From Oceanispirochaeta sp. (GTDB lineage Bacteria; Spirochaetota; Spirochaetia; DSM-2461), in the NCBI GenBank assembly GCA_963663385.2, contig CAXXXD010000003.1, forward strand, positions 384,001 to 448,000: 64,000 bases of DNA, read 5' to 3'. Below, in pieces: positions 39,443 to 51,730 of the stretch. Below the pieces are notes generated by a model. The model was not told the origin of the DNA. It ran no database searches and saw nothing but the letters and a program-made list of their open reading frames with translations. Both the position numbers and the translations under genes were made by a program. Position 1 is the stretch's first letter, and the number at the start of each line of letters is the position of its first letter.

Positions 39443-40361
39443 AGTAATTCTGCTGCTGTGTATAGTTTTATGTCTGAATGTATCCTGTCATAATAAAAAG
39501 GATGTTTCCTCCATAACCATCGCCGAACAGTACGGACTGGCCTATGCCCCCCTTCAGATAATGAAAGCAAAAAAGTATCTGGAGGAACTGCAGCCTGATG
39601 CAAAGGTTACCTGGGTCAAACTGGCCAATACCGCGGCAATCCGGGAAGCCGTATTAAGCGGAGATGTTGATACGGGATTCCTGGGAATCCCCCCCTTTCT
39701 GATTGCCTGTGATCAGAAAATGCCCTGGAAAATAGCCACCGGTCTCAGCCAGGCCCCGCTGGGGCTTGTTGTCTCCGATGCGGATATTCGCAAGGTGGAA
39801 GATTTTGGCCCCCATACGAAACTGGCGCTGCCGCAGCCGGGCAGCATACAGCATATACTGCTGGGAATGGCCCTTCAGAATATGTTCGGTGATTACAGCA
39901 TGCTGGATAACAGGCTGGTCTCCATGAAACATCCCGACGGGATGAATGCTCTTCTTGGCGGTTCCATAGAGGGACACTTCACTTCTCCCCCCTATATATT
40001 TCAGGAGTCTGACCAGGAGGGCTTTTCGGTTCTTATAAGCGGAGAACAGGCTATGGGAGAACCCTTCACATTTATTGTCGGTATGGCAACGGAGGAGTTC
40101 TTTGAAAAGGAACCGGAGCTTTACAGAGATTATTTGTCCGCCCTGGATAAGGCTGTGGATTTTATCAACACCAACAGGAGTGAAAGCGTCCGGATCCTGG
40201 CGGAAGCCTATGGTATGGAGGAAGATATCCTTGCGGATTACCTGTACCGGCCGGGTATGGTTTTCGAAACGGAAATACGGGGACTGGACAGGTTCCTCGG
40301 TTTTATGAAAGAGCAGAATATTGTAAAAAATCTGGAAAACAGCGGGGATGTGGTTTTTTGA
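39426..40361 (+). CDS. NitT/TauT-family ABC substrate-binding lipoprotein
   Basis: Lipobox NVSC; QYGLAYAPL, PQPGSIQH, MKHPD, HFTSPPY. Confidence 0.85.
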   Translation: MTRVIKVILLLCIVLCLNVSCHNKKDVSSITIAEQYGLAYAPLQIMKAKKYLEELQPDAKVTWVKLANTAAIREAVLSGDVDTGFLGIPPFLIACDQKMPWKIATGLSQAPLGLVVSDADIRKVEDFGPHTKLALPQPGSIQHILLGMALQNMFGDYSMLDNRLVSMKHPDGMNALLGGSIEGHFTSPPYIFQESDQEGFSVLISGEQAMGEPFTFIVGMATEEFFEKEPELYRDYLSALDKAVDFINTNRSESVRILAEAYGMEEDILADYLYRPGMVFETEIRGLDRFLGFMKEQNIVKNLENSGDVVF

Positions 40362-41122
40362 AACGTATCCCCCGCCTGTTATGGCTCCTGCTGTTCCTTA
40401 TCCTCTGGGGAGGGGTCCACTCTCTTCATCTCTTCCATCCTCTTGTGCTGCCTTCCCCCGGCGAGGTGGGGTTGAAGATTCTGACAGATATTAGGAACAA
40501 GGAGATTCCGGCGGGTCTTTTTCACTCTTTCTATATTATTTTCGCAGCGCTCCTGCCGGCTGTTGCAACGGCTTTTATTATGGCTGTCGGCGCCAGGCGC
40601 TTCCCCCGGCTGGATCAGCTCTGGGAAGCCCTCTCCGCTCTGGCTCATCCGCTGCCGGGTATTGCCCTGCTCCCTGTACTGGTATTATGGACCGGTTTGG
40701 GGACCCATATAATTGTCCTTATCGTTTTTCACTCTGTTCTCTGGCCTTTCTATATTAACCTGAGGAGCGGGTTCCGGGAAATCTCTCCCCTCTGGCTTGA
40801 TCTGGGACGGAACAATCAGTTAAACAGCCGGGAGGTCTTTATCCATATACTCCTCCCCGGTGCCTGGCCCTCCCTCCTGGCGGGATTGAAGATCAGCTGG
40901 GCAAGGGCCTGGAGGGCTGTTATCGGAGCGGAAATGATATTCGGGACCATAGGCAGTGCGGGGGGACTGGGGTGGTATATCTTCAACAAACGTATCTTTA
41001 TGGATACCCCCGGCATGTACGGCGGGATTGTCATTCTTATGTTTATCGGTCTGCTTGTGGATGATCTGCTTTTCCGGAAACTGGAACAGAGGATGAACCT
41101 CCGATGGGGTGGTACTCTATGA
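40358..41122 (+). CDS. NitT/TauT-family ABC permease
   Basis: LPSP.EV, PLPGIALLP, AWRAVIGAEM, GGLGWYI. Confidence 0.9.
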   Translation: MKRIPRLLWLLLFLILWGGVHSLHLFHPLVLPSPGEVGLKILTDIRNKEIPAGLFHSFYIIFAALLPAVATAFIMAVGARRFPRLDQLWEALSALAHPLPGIALLPVLVLWTGLGTHIIVLIVFHSVLWPFYINLRSGFREISPLWLDLGRNNQLNSREVFIHILLPGAWPSLLAGLKISWARAWRAVIGAEMIFGTIGSAGGLGWYIFNKRIFMDTPGMYGGIVILMFIGLLVDDLLFRKLEQRMNLRWGGTL

Positions 41123-41898
41123 GTGTACTGCGGGCAGAGAGCCTTGGCTTCTCCTACTATCCCGCCGGGAACAGAAAACTGGAAATATTCAGTAACCTGA
41201 ACCTTCAGATACGGGAGGGGGAAATCTTCTGTATTCTGGGGCCCTCCGGCTGCGGCAAGAGTACTCTGCTTAAAATCCTGGCGGGGTTTCTGCCTCCCGG
41301 TCGGGGAGAGGTCCTTTATCGGGATCATCCTGTCCGCGCTCCCTTTATCAAGGGGCAGATGGTTTTTCAGGATACGGCCCAGCTGCTCCCCTGGCTTACG
41401 GTTAAAGAGAATATTTTCTTTCCCCTTAAAAGAAAGAGATGGGGTATCTTTCCATCCGCGGGAAACCGATCCGTATCCGATCTTCCGGATGAGTTACTGA
41501 AACTGACAGGGCTGTCAGACTTTCAGAATTTCTATCCCGCGCAGCTTTCGGGGGGGATGAAACAGCGTTGTGCCCTGGCAAGAGCTCTTTTTGCCGGGCC
41601 TGATCTGTTATTTATGGATGAACCATTTGTCAGTCTGGATGCTCCCTCCAGGAGCGCTCTTCAGAAGGTTGTTCTGGAACTCTGGACGACCGGAGGAAAA
41701 ACCATCCTCTTTGTCACCCATGATATTCCCGAAGCATTGCTTCTGTCGGACCGTCTGATGGTGATAACAGAGATGAACAGAGAACCCAGGATCCTGGACA
41801 ACCCGCTTCCCCGTCCACGTCGCAGGATGGATGAAGAGTTCCTTAGGGAAGAGAACAGGATGTACTCCTATCTGGAGTCTTCCGGGATGACTTTGTAA
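41119..41898 (+). CDS. NitT/TauT-family ABC ATP-binding protein
   Basis: GPSGCGKST, LSGGMKQR, MDEPF..LD, VTHDI.EA. Confidence 0.92.
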   Translation: MSVLRAESLGFSYYPAGNRKLEIFSNLNLQIREGEIFCILGPSGCGKSTLLKILAGFLPPGRGEVLYRDHPVRAPFIKGQMVFQDTAQLLPWLTVKENIFFPLKRKRWGIFPSAGNRSVSDLPDELLKLTGLSDFQNFYPAQLSGGMKQRCALARALFAGPDLLFMDEPFVSLDAPSRSALQKVVLELWTTGGKTILFVTHDIPEALLLSDRLMVITEMNREPRILDNPLPRPRRRMDEEFLREENRMYSYLESSGMTL

Positions 41899-43451
41899 AT
41901 TTTAACCGGCCACTCCCTGCTGTTCCGGAAAGAGGCGATCCTTATGCCGTAGCCGGGACTGGGGAACTCGGCTTCCAGACGGCACTCTTCCTCAAGGAAC
42001 TGTTCCAGTTGAGGGTACCAGTGGGCAGGGTTTCCGTATAGAACATTCCATACAGGGCGGCTGCGGTAAATATAGAGAATTTCAGCAGGTACGACAATCC
42101 GGTTGATTCCTCTGGATCGGATATAGCCGGACAGGGGAGAATCCCCGTCAGTATCCCCTTTGTCCGGCAGATTCTCCAGGTTCCTCCAATGATACAGATT
42201 TCCGTTTTCAAGATAATACTCCAGAGTCAGATTTCCCAGGCAGACACTATCCGGCGGAAGGGTTTCTGAAATCTGACTGATATAGTCGGCATAATTTTCG
42301 TTACTCCGATTAAGCTCCTTCCTGAGTTCCATTGAAGTAAAAAGGATCGTTACTCCTGTCAGCAGGATAGGAAGCAGGCGGGTCAGTGGGCCCGACAGGA
42401 ATTTCAATCTGACAATTCCCGCAGCCGCAGCCCCGTAATAGAAGGGGAAGAGAAAGATGATGGAAGGCTGACTGTATTTCCCCAGGATCATCAGCCCGAT
42501 GTTGATTCCGATCAGACCGCAGAAAATAAGGGTCCTTTGAGAGCGGCCGGGAAGCAGCAGCATAAGGAGAAAGAAGGGCAGGCTGATATACTGCCAGCGT
42601 ATGTCGGGCAGATAGTAGGTTCCGCCTTTCTGGGTAAACAGTTTCTGATGAAATCCGGGCCACCTGAGAAGTTTTATATCAGGAGTCTCTGTTACGCCGA
42701 GGGAGCTGCCGTATGTCAGATAATCCCGGATGAAATGGGAGTTGAAACAAAAGCTCAGCCAGAGGAAAAAGGCAGCTGCTCCTGCCGCAATTATCAGGAA
42801 AACAGCTCCGCAGGCTGCAGATCTTCTCCTTCTGATTATTTCAGTCAGCAGATAAAGCCCCGCTGGCCAGGCAACCAGAAAAGCATTGGGATGGAACCCT
42901 ATGGCTATCCCTGTCAGCAGAGCCGAAACAGCTGCAGGTAAATATCCTTTTCCTTTCTGCAGTACCACACAGCTTAGAATCATCAGAAGCAACAGGAATA
43001 TCTCCTGTCGCGCCGTATGGGAAGCATAGATAAATTGAATATCCAGTGAGAACCATATGGTCATAACAAGAGAAAACCATTCTGATTTTTCCGAACCTGT
43101 CAGATTCCTGAAAAAGGAATTGATCCCTATCAGGCAGAGAAATCCTCCTGTGAGTGAGAAGAATCTTACTGAGTAAAGAGAGTAGCCCAGTATTTTTATA
43201 AAGACAATCTGACCCAGATGAAAGAGTATTTTTATGGCATGAGGATGCCTCTTGTGAAGATCGTAGAAGGGTTCGGTTACATCCAGTCTCCCTTCAGACA
43301 TGATCTGACGGCTTAACCCGCTTAACCAGGGTTCGTCACTGTGCATAAAGGGGTAGTCTGCTAGTATAAGGAGATTGAGCATAAACCAGACAAAACAGTA
43401 GAGGAGCAGAAGGAGTCCGGGTGTAAGGAGTCTTCTTTTAACAGCGATCAT
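41868..43451 (-). CDS. ArnT/PMT-family (GT-C) membrane glycosyltransferase
   Basis: HSDEPW acidic motif after first TM, polytopic core, SH.ARQE, FHPN. Confidence 0.8.
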   Translation of the reverse strand: MIAVKRRLLTPGLLLLLYCFVWFMLNLLILADYPFMHSDEPWLSGLSRQIMSEGRLDVTEPFYDLHKRHPHAIKILFHLGQIVFIKILGYSLYSVRFFSLTGGFLCLIGINSFFRNLTGSEKSEWFSLVMTIWFSLDIQFIYASHTARQEIFLLLLMILSCVVLQKGKGYLPAAVSALLTGIAIGFHPNAFLVAWPAGLYLLTEIIRRRRSAACGAVFLIIAAGAAAFFLWLSFCFNSHFIRDYLTYGSSLGVTETPDIKLLRWPGFHQKLFTQKGGTYYLPDIRWQYISLPFFLLMLLLPGRSQRTLIFCGLIGINIGLMILGKYSQPSIIFLFPFYYGAAAAGIVRLKFLSGPLTRLLPILLTGVTILFTSMELRKELNRSNENYADYISQISETLPPDSVCLGNLTLEYYLENGNLYHWRNLENLPDKGDTDGDSPLSGYIRSRGINRIVVPAEILYIYRSRPVWNVLYGNPAHWYPQLEQFLEEECRLEAEFPSPGYGIRIASFRNSREWPVKIYKVIPEDSR

Positions 43452-43478
43452 TTAATATCCCATTTTGGCAGGAAAATG

Positions 43479-43522
43479 AAAAATCCCCCGGAGAAAACAG
43501 GAAATGTTTCTGCCGGGGGATT
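43479..43522 (-). terminator. Terminator of rhodanese gene
   Basis: AATCCCCCGG...CCGGGGGATT with A-run on plus strand. Confidence 0.7.
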
Positions 43523-43544
43523 ACTGCAATTGAATTAATATATC

Positions 43545-44471
43545 TTACTGAACAGTGGGGAGACCTTCGTTGCTCCAGCCGGTAGCGCCTGTTCCAGTGG
43601 TTCCGAAACCACTCTTTACGGAGGCGGCATCAATTCCCAGCAGTCTCATGATACCAACAGTCTGACCGGCTGTCTGACCGGAGTAGCAGTATACAAATAC
43701 TTTTTCGTCCCGGGGCAGATCGGCAAAAGCTTCCTGCATATTGTTACCGAAGGGGATATTGATAGCACTTTCGATATGACCTTTTGCATAGTCTTCGGAG
43801 GATCTCACAGAGACTATTGTCATCTCTTCATCCGCATCCAGTTTCTCTTTCAGTTTGGCAGCAGCAATAAGGTTGCTGGGTGTTTCGGGATCGGATTTCA
43901 GGTTATTAAAGTAGTTTTCAGCAGCTGCCCTGATTTCCGCATCAATTTTAACACCCGATGCTTCGGGGGCCAGATTCTCTTCTGTTTCCACGTAATTTTC
44001 ATAACCTTCGGTTTTGGCAATACCCAGTTTCCATCCGTATTTAATGGATGTGGCATCAAAACCGGCTACATTAAGCACGGCTATAGTCTGACCGGCTGTC
44101 TGGCCGGAATAGCAGTTTACATAGACAGGTTCATCATCGGGAAGCCAGTTCAGGGCATCTGCCAGAGCAGGAGTTCCCCAGGCCGCATTAACCGCACCCT
44201 TAAGGTGACCGGCTGCATAATCGTCTGCACTTCTGATATCCAGAATAAAGGGTTCGGAACCGCCGTCAATCAGCTCGAAAATCTTGGAAGCAGGTACAAT
44301 CCGGGATCCGGGATATTCACCGAAGTAGGCGTTGGCAGCTTCTTCAAGGGGGCTGACAGTTACAACAGTTTTGACAGTTTCTTTGGTTTCTGTTGTTTTA
44401 ACAGGAGCCTCGGTTTTCTGACATCCCGCAAAAAGAGCCACTACCATAAACAATGCTAGAAATCTTTTCAT
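43545..44471 (-). CDS. Tandem rhodanese-domain lipoprotein
   Basis: Lipobox LFAGC; two domains, each with GH[LI]..A.N and CYSGQTAG. Confidence 0.9.
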   Translation of the reverse strand: MKRFLALFMVVALFAGCQKTEAPVKTTETKETVKTVVTVSPLEEAANAYFGEYPGSRIVPASKIFELIDGGSEPFILDIRSADDYAAGHLKGAVNAAWGTPALADALNWLPDDEPVYVNCYSGQTAGQTIAVLNVAGFDATSIKYGWKLGIAKTEGYENYVETEENLAPEASGVKIDAEIRAAAENYFNNLKSDPETPSNLIAAAKLKEKLDADEEMTIVSVRSSEDYAKGHIESAINIPFGNNMQEAFADLPRDEKVFVYCYSGQTAGQTVGIMRLLGIDAASVKSGFGTTGTGATGWSNEGLPTVQ

Positions 44472-44858
44472 TTCATTTTCTCCTTATGTTCGGGGAATTG
44501 AACTCTCCCGATACTTGACTCAGTCTCAAATTTTAATAGGAACCAAGTCATATTTCACATAAATCATACGGTAAAAAACTATAAATATTTTTTTACCTAT
44601 TTCCTTTTTAAACCTTAATCTTCAAATACATGCTATGTCAACTAAAATTGTGTAAATTTAGCAATACAGTATCGGGTGTTTACATGTCTTAAATATATTG
44701 AAAAATATATATTAAAATATAATATTGTTTTGTAAGGAAATATTTTTAAGGATAATTATTGCTTTGATAGTCATGTAAATAGTATAAGTGTACGAATAGT
44801 CTTTTAATAGGTCTGGTTTTCCGGATTTTATTTTGTGTTTTTCTTGTGTGAATACAAT

Positions 44859-44896
44859 AAAAAGCTGCTGATCCCAAGGGGAAGCAGCAGCTTTTT
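44859..44896. terminator. Terminator of lacZ (A- and T-flanked hairpin)
   Basis: AAAAAGCTGCTG...CAGCAGCTTTTT. Confidence 0.75.
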
Positions 44897-44919
44897 CTGC
44901 CTTTCGCTACACTGAAAAA

Positions 44920-48093
<3,174 letters not shown>

Positions 48094-48166
48094 TTATTCT
48101 ATAACCCATATATACCATGGGAAAGTACTTTTCAAAATGAGTGTTCTGGTATATATCATATGTTAA

Positions 48167-49042
48167 ATGGTATATCCTGGCATTGATAAAATCAAGGAAC
48201 AGCTCATTTTTCGCTCACTGGGAGGGCTGGAATCCCGTCAGCGCGTGGGCTGCGGATTCATGCATAAGGATGGGATACGTATTGATGAAAAAGATACCCG
48301 TCTATCCACTTATGCTCTGGTTTATGTTATCCGGGGAGAGGGTGAATATGTGGATGAGGATGGAAACCGGTATCCTCTGAAAGCGGGAAGCCTTTTTCAG
48401 CGGATACCTGAGCGAAATCATTCAACGATTCTTGACCCCGGCAGTCGGTGGGCGGAATGTTTCATTGATCTGGGAGCAGAGCTCTACAGAGCTCTTGTGG
48501 CCATGCGTATTGTGGAACCTGATAAGTATGTTTACTGGCTTCCTCCGGATAAGGGGCTTGAAAAAGAGTTCTATCATTATAAAAGATCTCTCGAAACCGT
48601 AAAGGAGAGGGAACTTTCCCTTTTCGGTCTGGAAATGCTTCAGTTCTGCGCTTCAATCCTTCAACGGGCCAAATCGGAGGCCGGAGACCCTCTCTGGATT
48701 ATGGTGGAAAAGAGCTGCCGGGATTTATCGGGGCGTTGTGCAGAACGGTTTGATCTGAAGGAATACTGCCGTGAGAACGGCTGGGGGTACGAGTCCTTCC
48801 GGAAAGCCTTTGTCAGAAGGATGGGGATCTCCCCCGGTCAGTATCTGATACAGAGGCGGATGGATGAAGCCTGCCGGCTGCTCCGGACAGGAAGGCTTAC
48901 TGTTAAAGAGATAGCTTTGCAGCTTGGCTACCACAGTCCCTATGAGTTTTCGGCTCAATTCCGCCGGATTACCGGATGGTCTCCCAGTGCTTATAAAGGT
49001 GCGGGGCAGACAAAACCGGGTCCGGATACCCCTTTCGGATAA
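48167..49042 (+). CDS. AraC-family regulator (divergent from lacZ)
   Basis: Cupin plus C-terminal VKEIALQLGYHSPYEFSAQFRRITGWSP. Confidence 0.92.
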   Translation: MVYPGIDKIKEQLIFRSLGGLESRQRVGCGFMHKDGIRIDEKDTRLSTYALVYVIRGEGEYVDEDGNRYPLKAGSLFQRIPERNHSTILDPGSRWAECFIDLGAELYRALVAMRIVEPDKYVYWLPPDKGLEKEFYHYKRSLETVKERELSLFGLEMLQFCASILQRAKSEAGDPLWIMVEKSCRDLSGRCAERFDLKEYCRENGWGYESFRKAFVRRMGISPGQYLIQRRMDEACRLLRTGRLTVKEIALQLGYHSPYEFSAQFRRITGWSPSAYKGAGQTKPGPDTPFG

Positions 49043-49067
49043 ATAGTAAAAAAGATAAAAATTTCCC

Positions 49068-49118
49068 TTTACAAATTAACGATGTCCTATTATCATACAA
49101 TACGACAATAAGAAAATA
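49068..49118 (+). promoter_or_regulatory. Promoter and GntR-type operator of the transaldolase operon
   Basis: TTTACA-17-TATCAT; motif TATTATCATACAATACGACAATAAGAAAATA shared with the gntR and iolB promoters. Confidence 0.75.
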
Positions 49119-49159
49119 TTACTGTACTTAATGATAGAAAATTCTAAGGAGATTAAGAA

Positions 49160-50236
49160 ATGAGTTTATCAAGCCCACTGAAAAAATCAGTTGATTTATG
49201 CAAAATGGAAGTATGGAACGATTCCTGTTCAGTTGAAGAATTGAACTATGCTATAAGCCACGGCGCTTCCGGTGCGACAACCAACCCCGTAATCGTACTG
49301 AATGTACTAAAACAGGAAATGCACCTCTGGAAAGACAGAATCCTTGAAATCATTAAAGAGATGCCTACCGCATCAGAAGTTGAAATCTCCTGGAAACTTA
49401 TTGAGGAAATGGCAGTTAAAGGCGCTTCCATCCTTAAACCTGTTTTTGATGAAACCAATGGCAAGAAGGGCCGGATCTCCATCCAGACAAATGCTCAGCT
49501 CTACCGCAATGCGGAGGCCATGACAGCTCAGGCTGTAGAATTCAACAAACTGGCCGAGAACATGATGGTTAAGATGCCAACTACCGAAGCGGGTATCAAA
49601 GCTTTCGAAGAAGCAACCTATCATGGCGTTAATATCAATGCTACCGTAAGTTTTACTGTTCCCCAGGCTGTTCAGGTAGCCGAAGCTGTAGAAAGAGGTC
49701 TTAAAAGAAGAGAAGCCGAGGGGAAAGATGTTTCCAATATGACGCCTGTCTGTACAATCATGGTTGGTCGTCTGGATGACTGGCTGAAAGTTGTTGCTGC
49801 CAGGGAAAAAATTGCCGTAACCCCCGGAGTCCTTGACTGGGCCGGTGTGGCAGCTTTCAAGAATGCCTACAGAATTTTCAAAGAGAAAGGCTACAGAACA
49901 AGACTTCTCTCTGCTGCTTACAGAAGTCATCTGCACTGGTCTCAGCTGATTGGTGACGATATTGTTCAGACTATCCCCAGCAAGTGGCAGAAACTGTACA
50001 ACGAAAGTGGTATCGAGCCGGAAGTAACAATTGACAAGCCTGTTGATCCTGCCATTATGGATGAGCTGACAAGACTTTTCCCGGACTTCGTAAGAGCTTA
50101 CGAACCAGATGGTATGACTCCTGCCGAGTTTGATTCCTATGGAGCCACTGCCAGAACCCTCCGTGGATTCCTGGCCGGTTATGCCGAGCTGCTCAGTGTT
50201 GTACGGGATCTGATGGTTCCCAATCCCGACGCATAA
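49160..50236 (+). CDS. Transaldolase-family protein (atypical active site)
   Basis: WNDS, GATTNP, VKMP Schiff-base Lys, INAT, VGRLDD, SAAYR. Confidence 0.9.
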   Translation: MSLSSPLKKSVDLCKMEVWNDSCSVEELNYAISHGASGATTNPVIVLNVLKQEMHLWKDRILEIIKEMPTASEVEISWKLIEEMAVKGASILKPVFDETNGKKGRISIQTNAQLYRNAEAMTAQAVEFNKLAENMMVKMPTTEAGIKAFEEATYHGVNINATVSFTVPQAVQVAEAVERGLKRREAEGKDVSNMTPVCTIMVGRLDDWLKVVAAREKIAVTPGVLDWAGVAAFKNAYRIFKEKGYRTRLLSAAYRSHLHWSQLIGDDIVQTIPSKWQKLYNESGIEPEVTIDKPVDPAIMDELTRLFPDFVRAYEPDGMTPAEFDSYGATARTLRGFLAGYAELLSVVRDLMVPNPDA

Positions 50237-50257
50237 GCTGAAAGGGTGTATAACCGG

Positions 50258-50288
50258 AAAGGGCGTTTTATGGTAAAGGCGCCCTTTT
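50258..50288 (+). terminator. Intercistronic stem-loop after transaldolase
   Basis: AAAGGGCG...CGCCCTTTT. Confidence 0.6.
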
Positions 50289-50349
50289 ATCAATCAGGGT
50301 GTAAGTCTACCCTTGAGAAGAGGCTTGAAAAGTAAATTGAGGAGTTAAA

Positions 50350-51729
50350 ATGTCTGACTATATTACCGGATTGATAAGCCGGGCCCGCAAGGCCCAGGCG
50401 GAAATAGAATTCCTGTCCCAGGAAAAAGTGGATGAGATCTGCGAAAGCATCGCCTGGGCTGCCATTCAGGAACCCTTTGTCACAGAACTGTGCAAACTGG
50501 CCGTGGAAGAAACCCGTATGGGCGACTTCCAGAGCAAATACGGAAAAATGATGAACAAGACCCGCGGTGGCTGGTTCGATATGAAAGGCCAGAAGTCCGC
50601 TGGTGTTATCGAAGAAGACGAAGCGCTGGGACTGATCAAAATCGCCAAGCCCGTAGGTGTTATCGGGGCCATGGTTCCGTGTACCAACTGCGAGGCCACT
50701 CAGGTTCTTAAATCCATGAGCGCCATCAAGGGCCGGAATGCCATTATCCTGGCCCCCCATCCCCGTGCCATCAAAACCAATAAAATGGTGATCGATATGA
50801 TGCGCGGCATTCTGAAAGGGCTTGGGTACCCCGAAGACCTGATCATCCATATGGATGAGGTTACCATGGACAACTCACAGGAGCTGATGAAACAGTGCGA
50901 CCTGATCCTGGCAACAGGAGGCGGCGGTCTTGTGAAAGCGGCTTACTCCAGCGGAACCCCCGCCTACGGAGTTGGAGCAGGTAATGCGGTAACTATTGTA
51001 GACGATACGCAGGACCCCAAGGTTGTGGCAGACAAAATCAAACGGTCCAAAACCTTCGATCTGGCCACCAGCTGTTCCGCCGAGAACTCCTGCCTGTTTC
51101 AGAAAGAGATTTATGAAGACATGTGCGCCGCACTGGAAGCCGAAGGGGGTTACAGGGTTAAGGCGGATGAAAAGGATAAACTCCAGAAAGCCATGTGGCC
51201 CGACGGACATACCCTGAACCGGGACATCGTGGCCCAGCCTGCCGAAAAGATTGCCTCCATTGCCGGAATCGATCTGCCCGAAGGAAAGTGTTTTCTCTTT
51301 GTGGAAGAAACGGGAATCGGCGCGGACTATCCTTTCTCGGGAGAGAAACTGTCTGTTGTCACCACCCTGTACAAATGGGACACCTTCGATCAGGCCGTTC
51401 AGATGGTAAATGATATCACCAACTACTCCGGAGCAGGCCACTCCTGCGGTATTCATACAACAAAGAAAGAGAGAATCCTCCAGCTTTCGGAGAGGGTTCA
51501 TGTATCACGGGTTATGGTTAACCAGCCCCAGTGTCTGGCCAACAGCGGTTCCTGGACCAATGCCATGCCCACCACCCTGACTCTGGGATGCGGTTCCTGG
51601 GGAGGAAATATTGCCAGTGAGAACATCACCTGGAAGCATTTGATCAACACAACCTGGGTTTCTTCTCCCATCGCCAACCGACAGCCTTCGGATGAGGAGT
51701 TATTCAGTGAAAGCGTTAGAAAAGGCTAA
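50350..51729 (+). CDS. CoA-acylating aldehyde dehydrogenase (SauS/EutE/AdhE-ALDH family)
   Basis: KPVGVI...PCTN, ATGG..LVKAAYSSGTPAYGVGAGN, SKTFD.ATSCSAEN (catalytic Cys), FSGEKLS, GHSCGIHT, LGCGSWGGN. Confidence 0.92.
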   Translation: MSDYITGLISRARKAQAEIEFLSQEKVDEICESIAWAAIQEPFVTELCKLAVEETRMGDFQSKYGKMMNKTRGGWFDMKGQKSAGVIEEDEALGLIKIAKPVGVIGAMVPCTNCEATQVLKSMSAIKGRNAIILAPHPRAIKTNKMVIDMMRGILKGLGYPEDLIIHMDEVTMDNSQELMKQCDLILATGGGGLVKAAYSSGTPAYGVGAGNAVTIVDDTQDPKVVADKIKRSKTFDLATSCSAENSCLFQKEIYEDMCAALEAEGGYRVKADEKDKLQKAMWPDGHTLNRDIVAQPAEKIASIAGIDLPEGKCFLFVEETGIGADYPFSGEKLSVVTTLYKWDTFDQAVQMVNDITNYSGAGHSCGIHTTKKERILQLSERVHVSRVMVNQPQCLANSGSWTNAMPTTLTLGCGSWGGNIASENITWKHLINTTWVSSPIANRQPSDEELFSESVRKG

Positions 51730-51730
51730 T

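Noticed and set aside
49160..51729. Sulfoquinovose (sulfo-TAL/sulfo-TK) pathway reading of transaldolase plus SauS-like ALDH
   Set aside because: No GH31 sulfoquinovosidase, SQ isomerase or sulfonate exporter nearby; the promoter motif links the operon to iolB instead. Disfavoured, not excluded.
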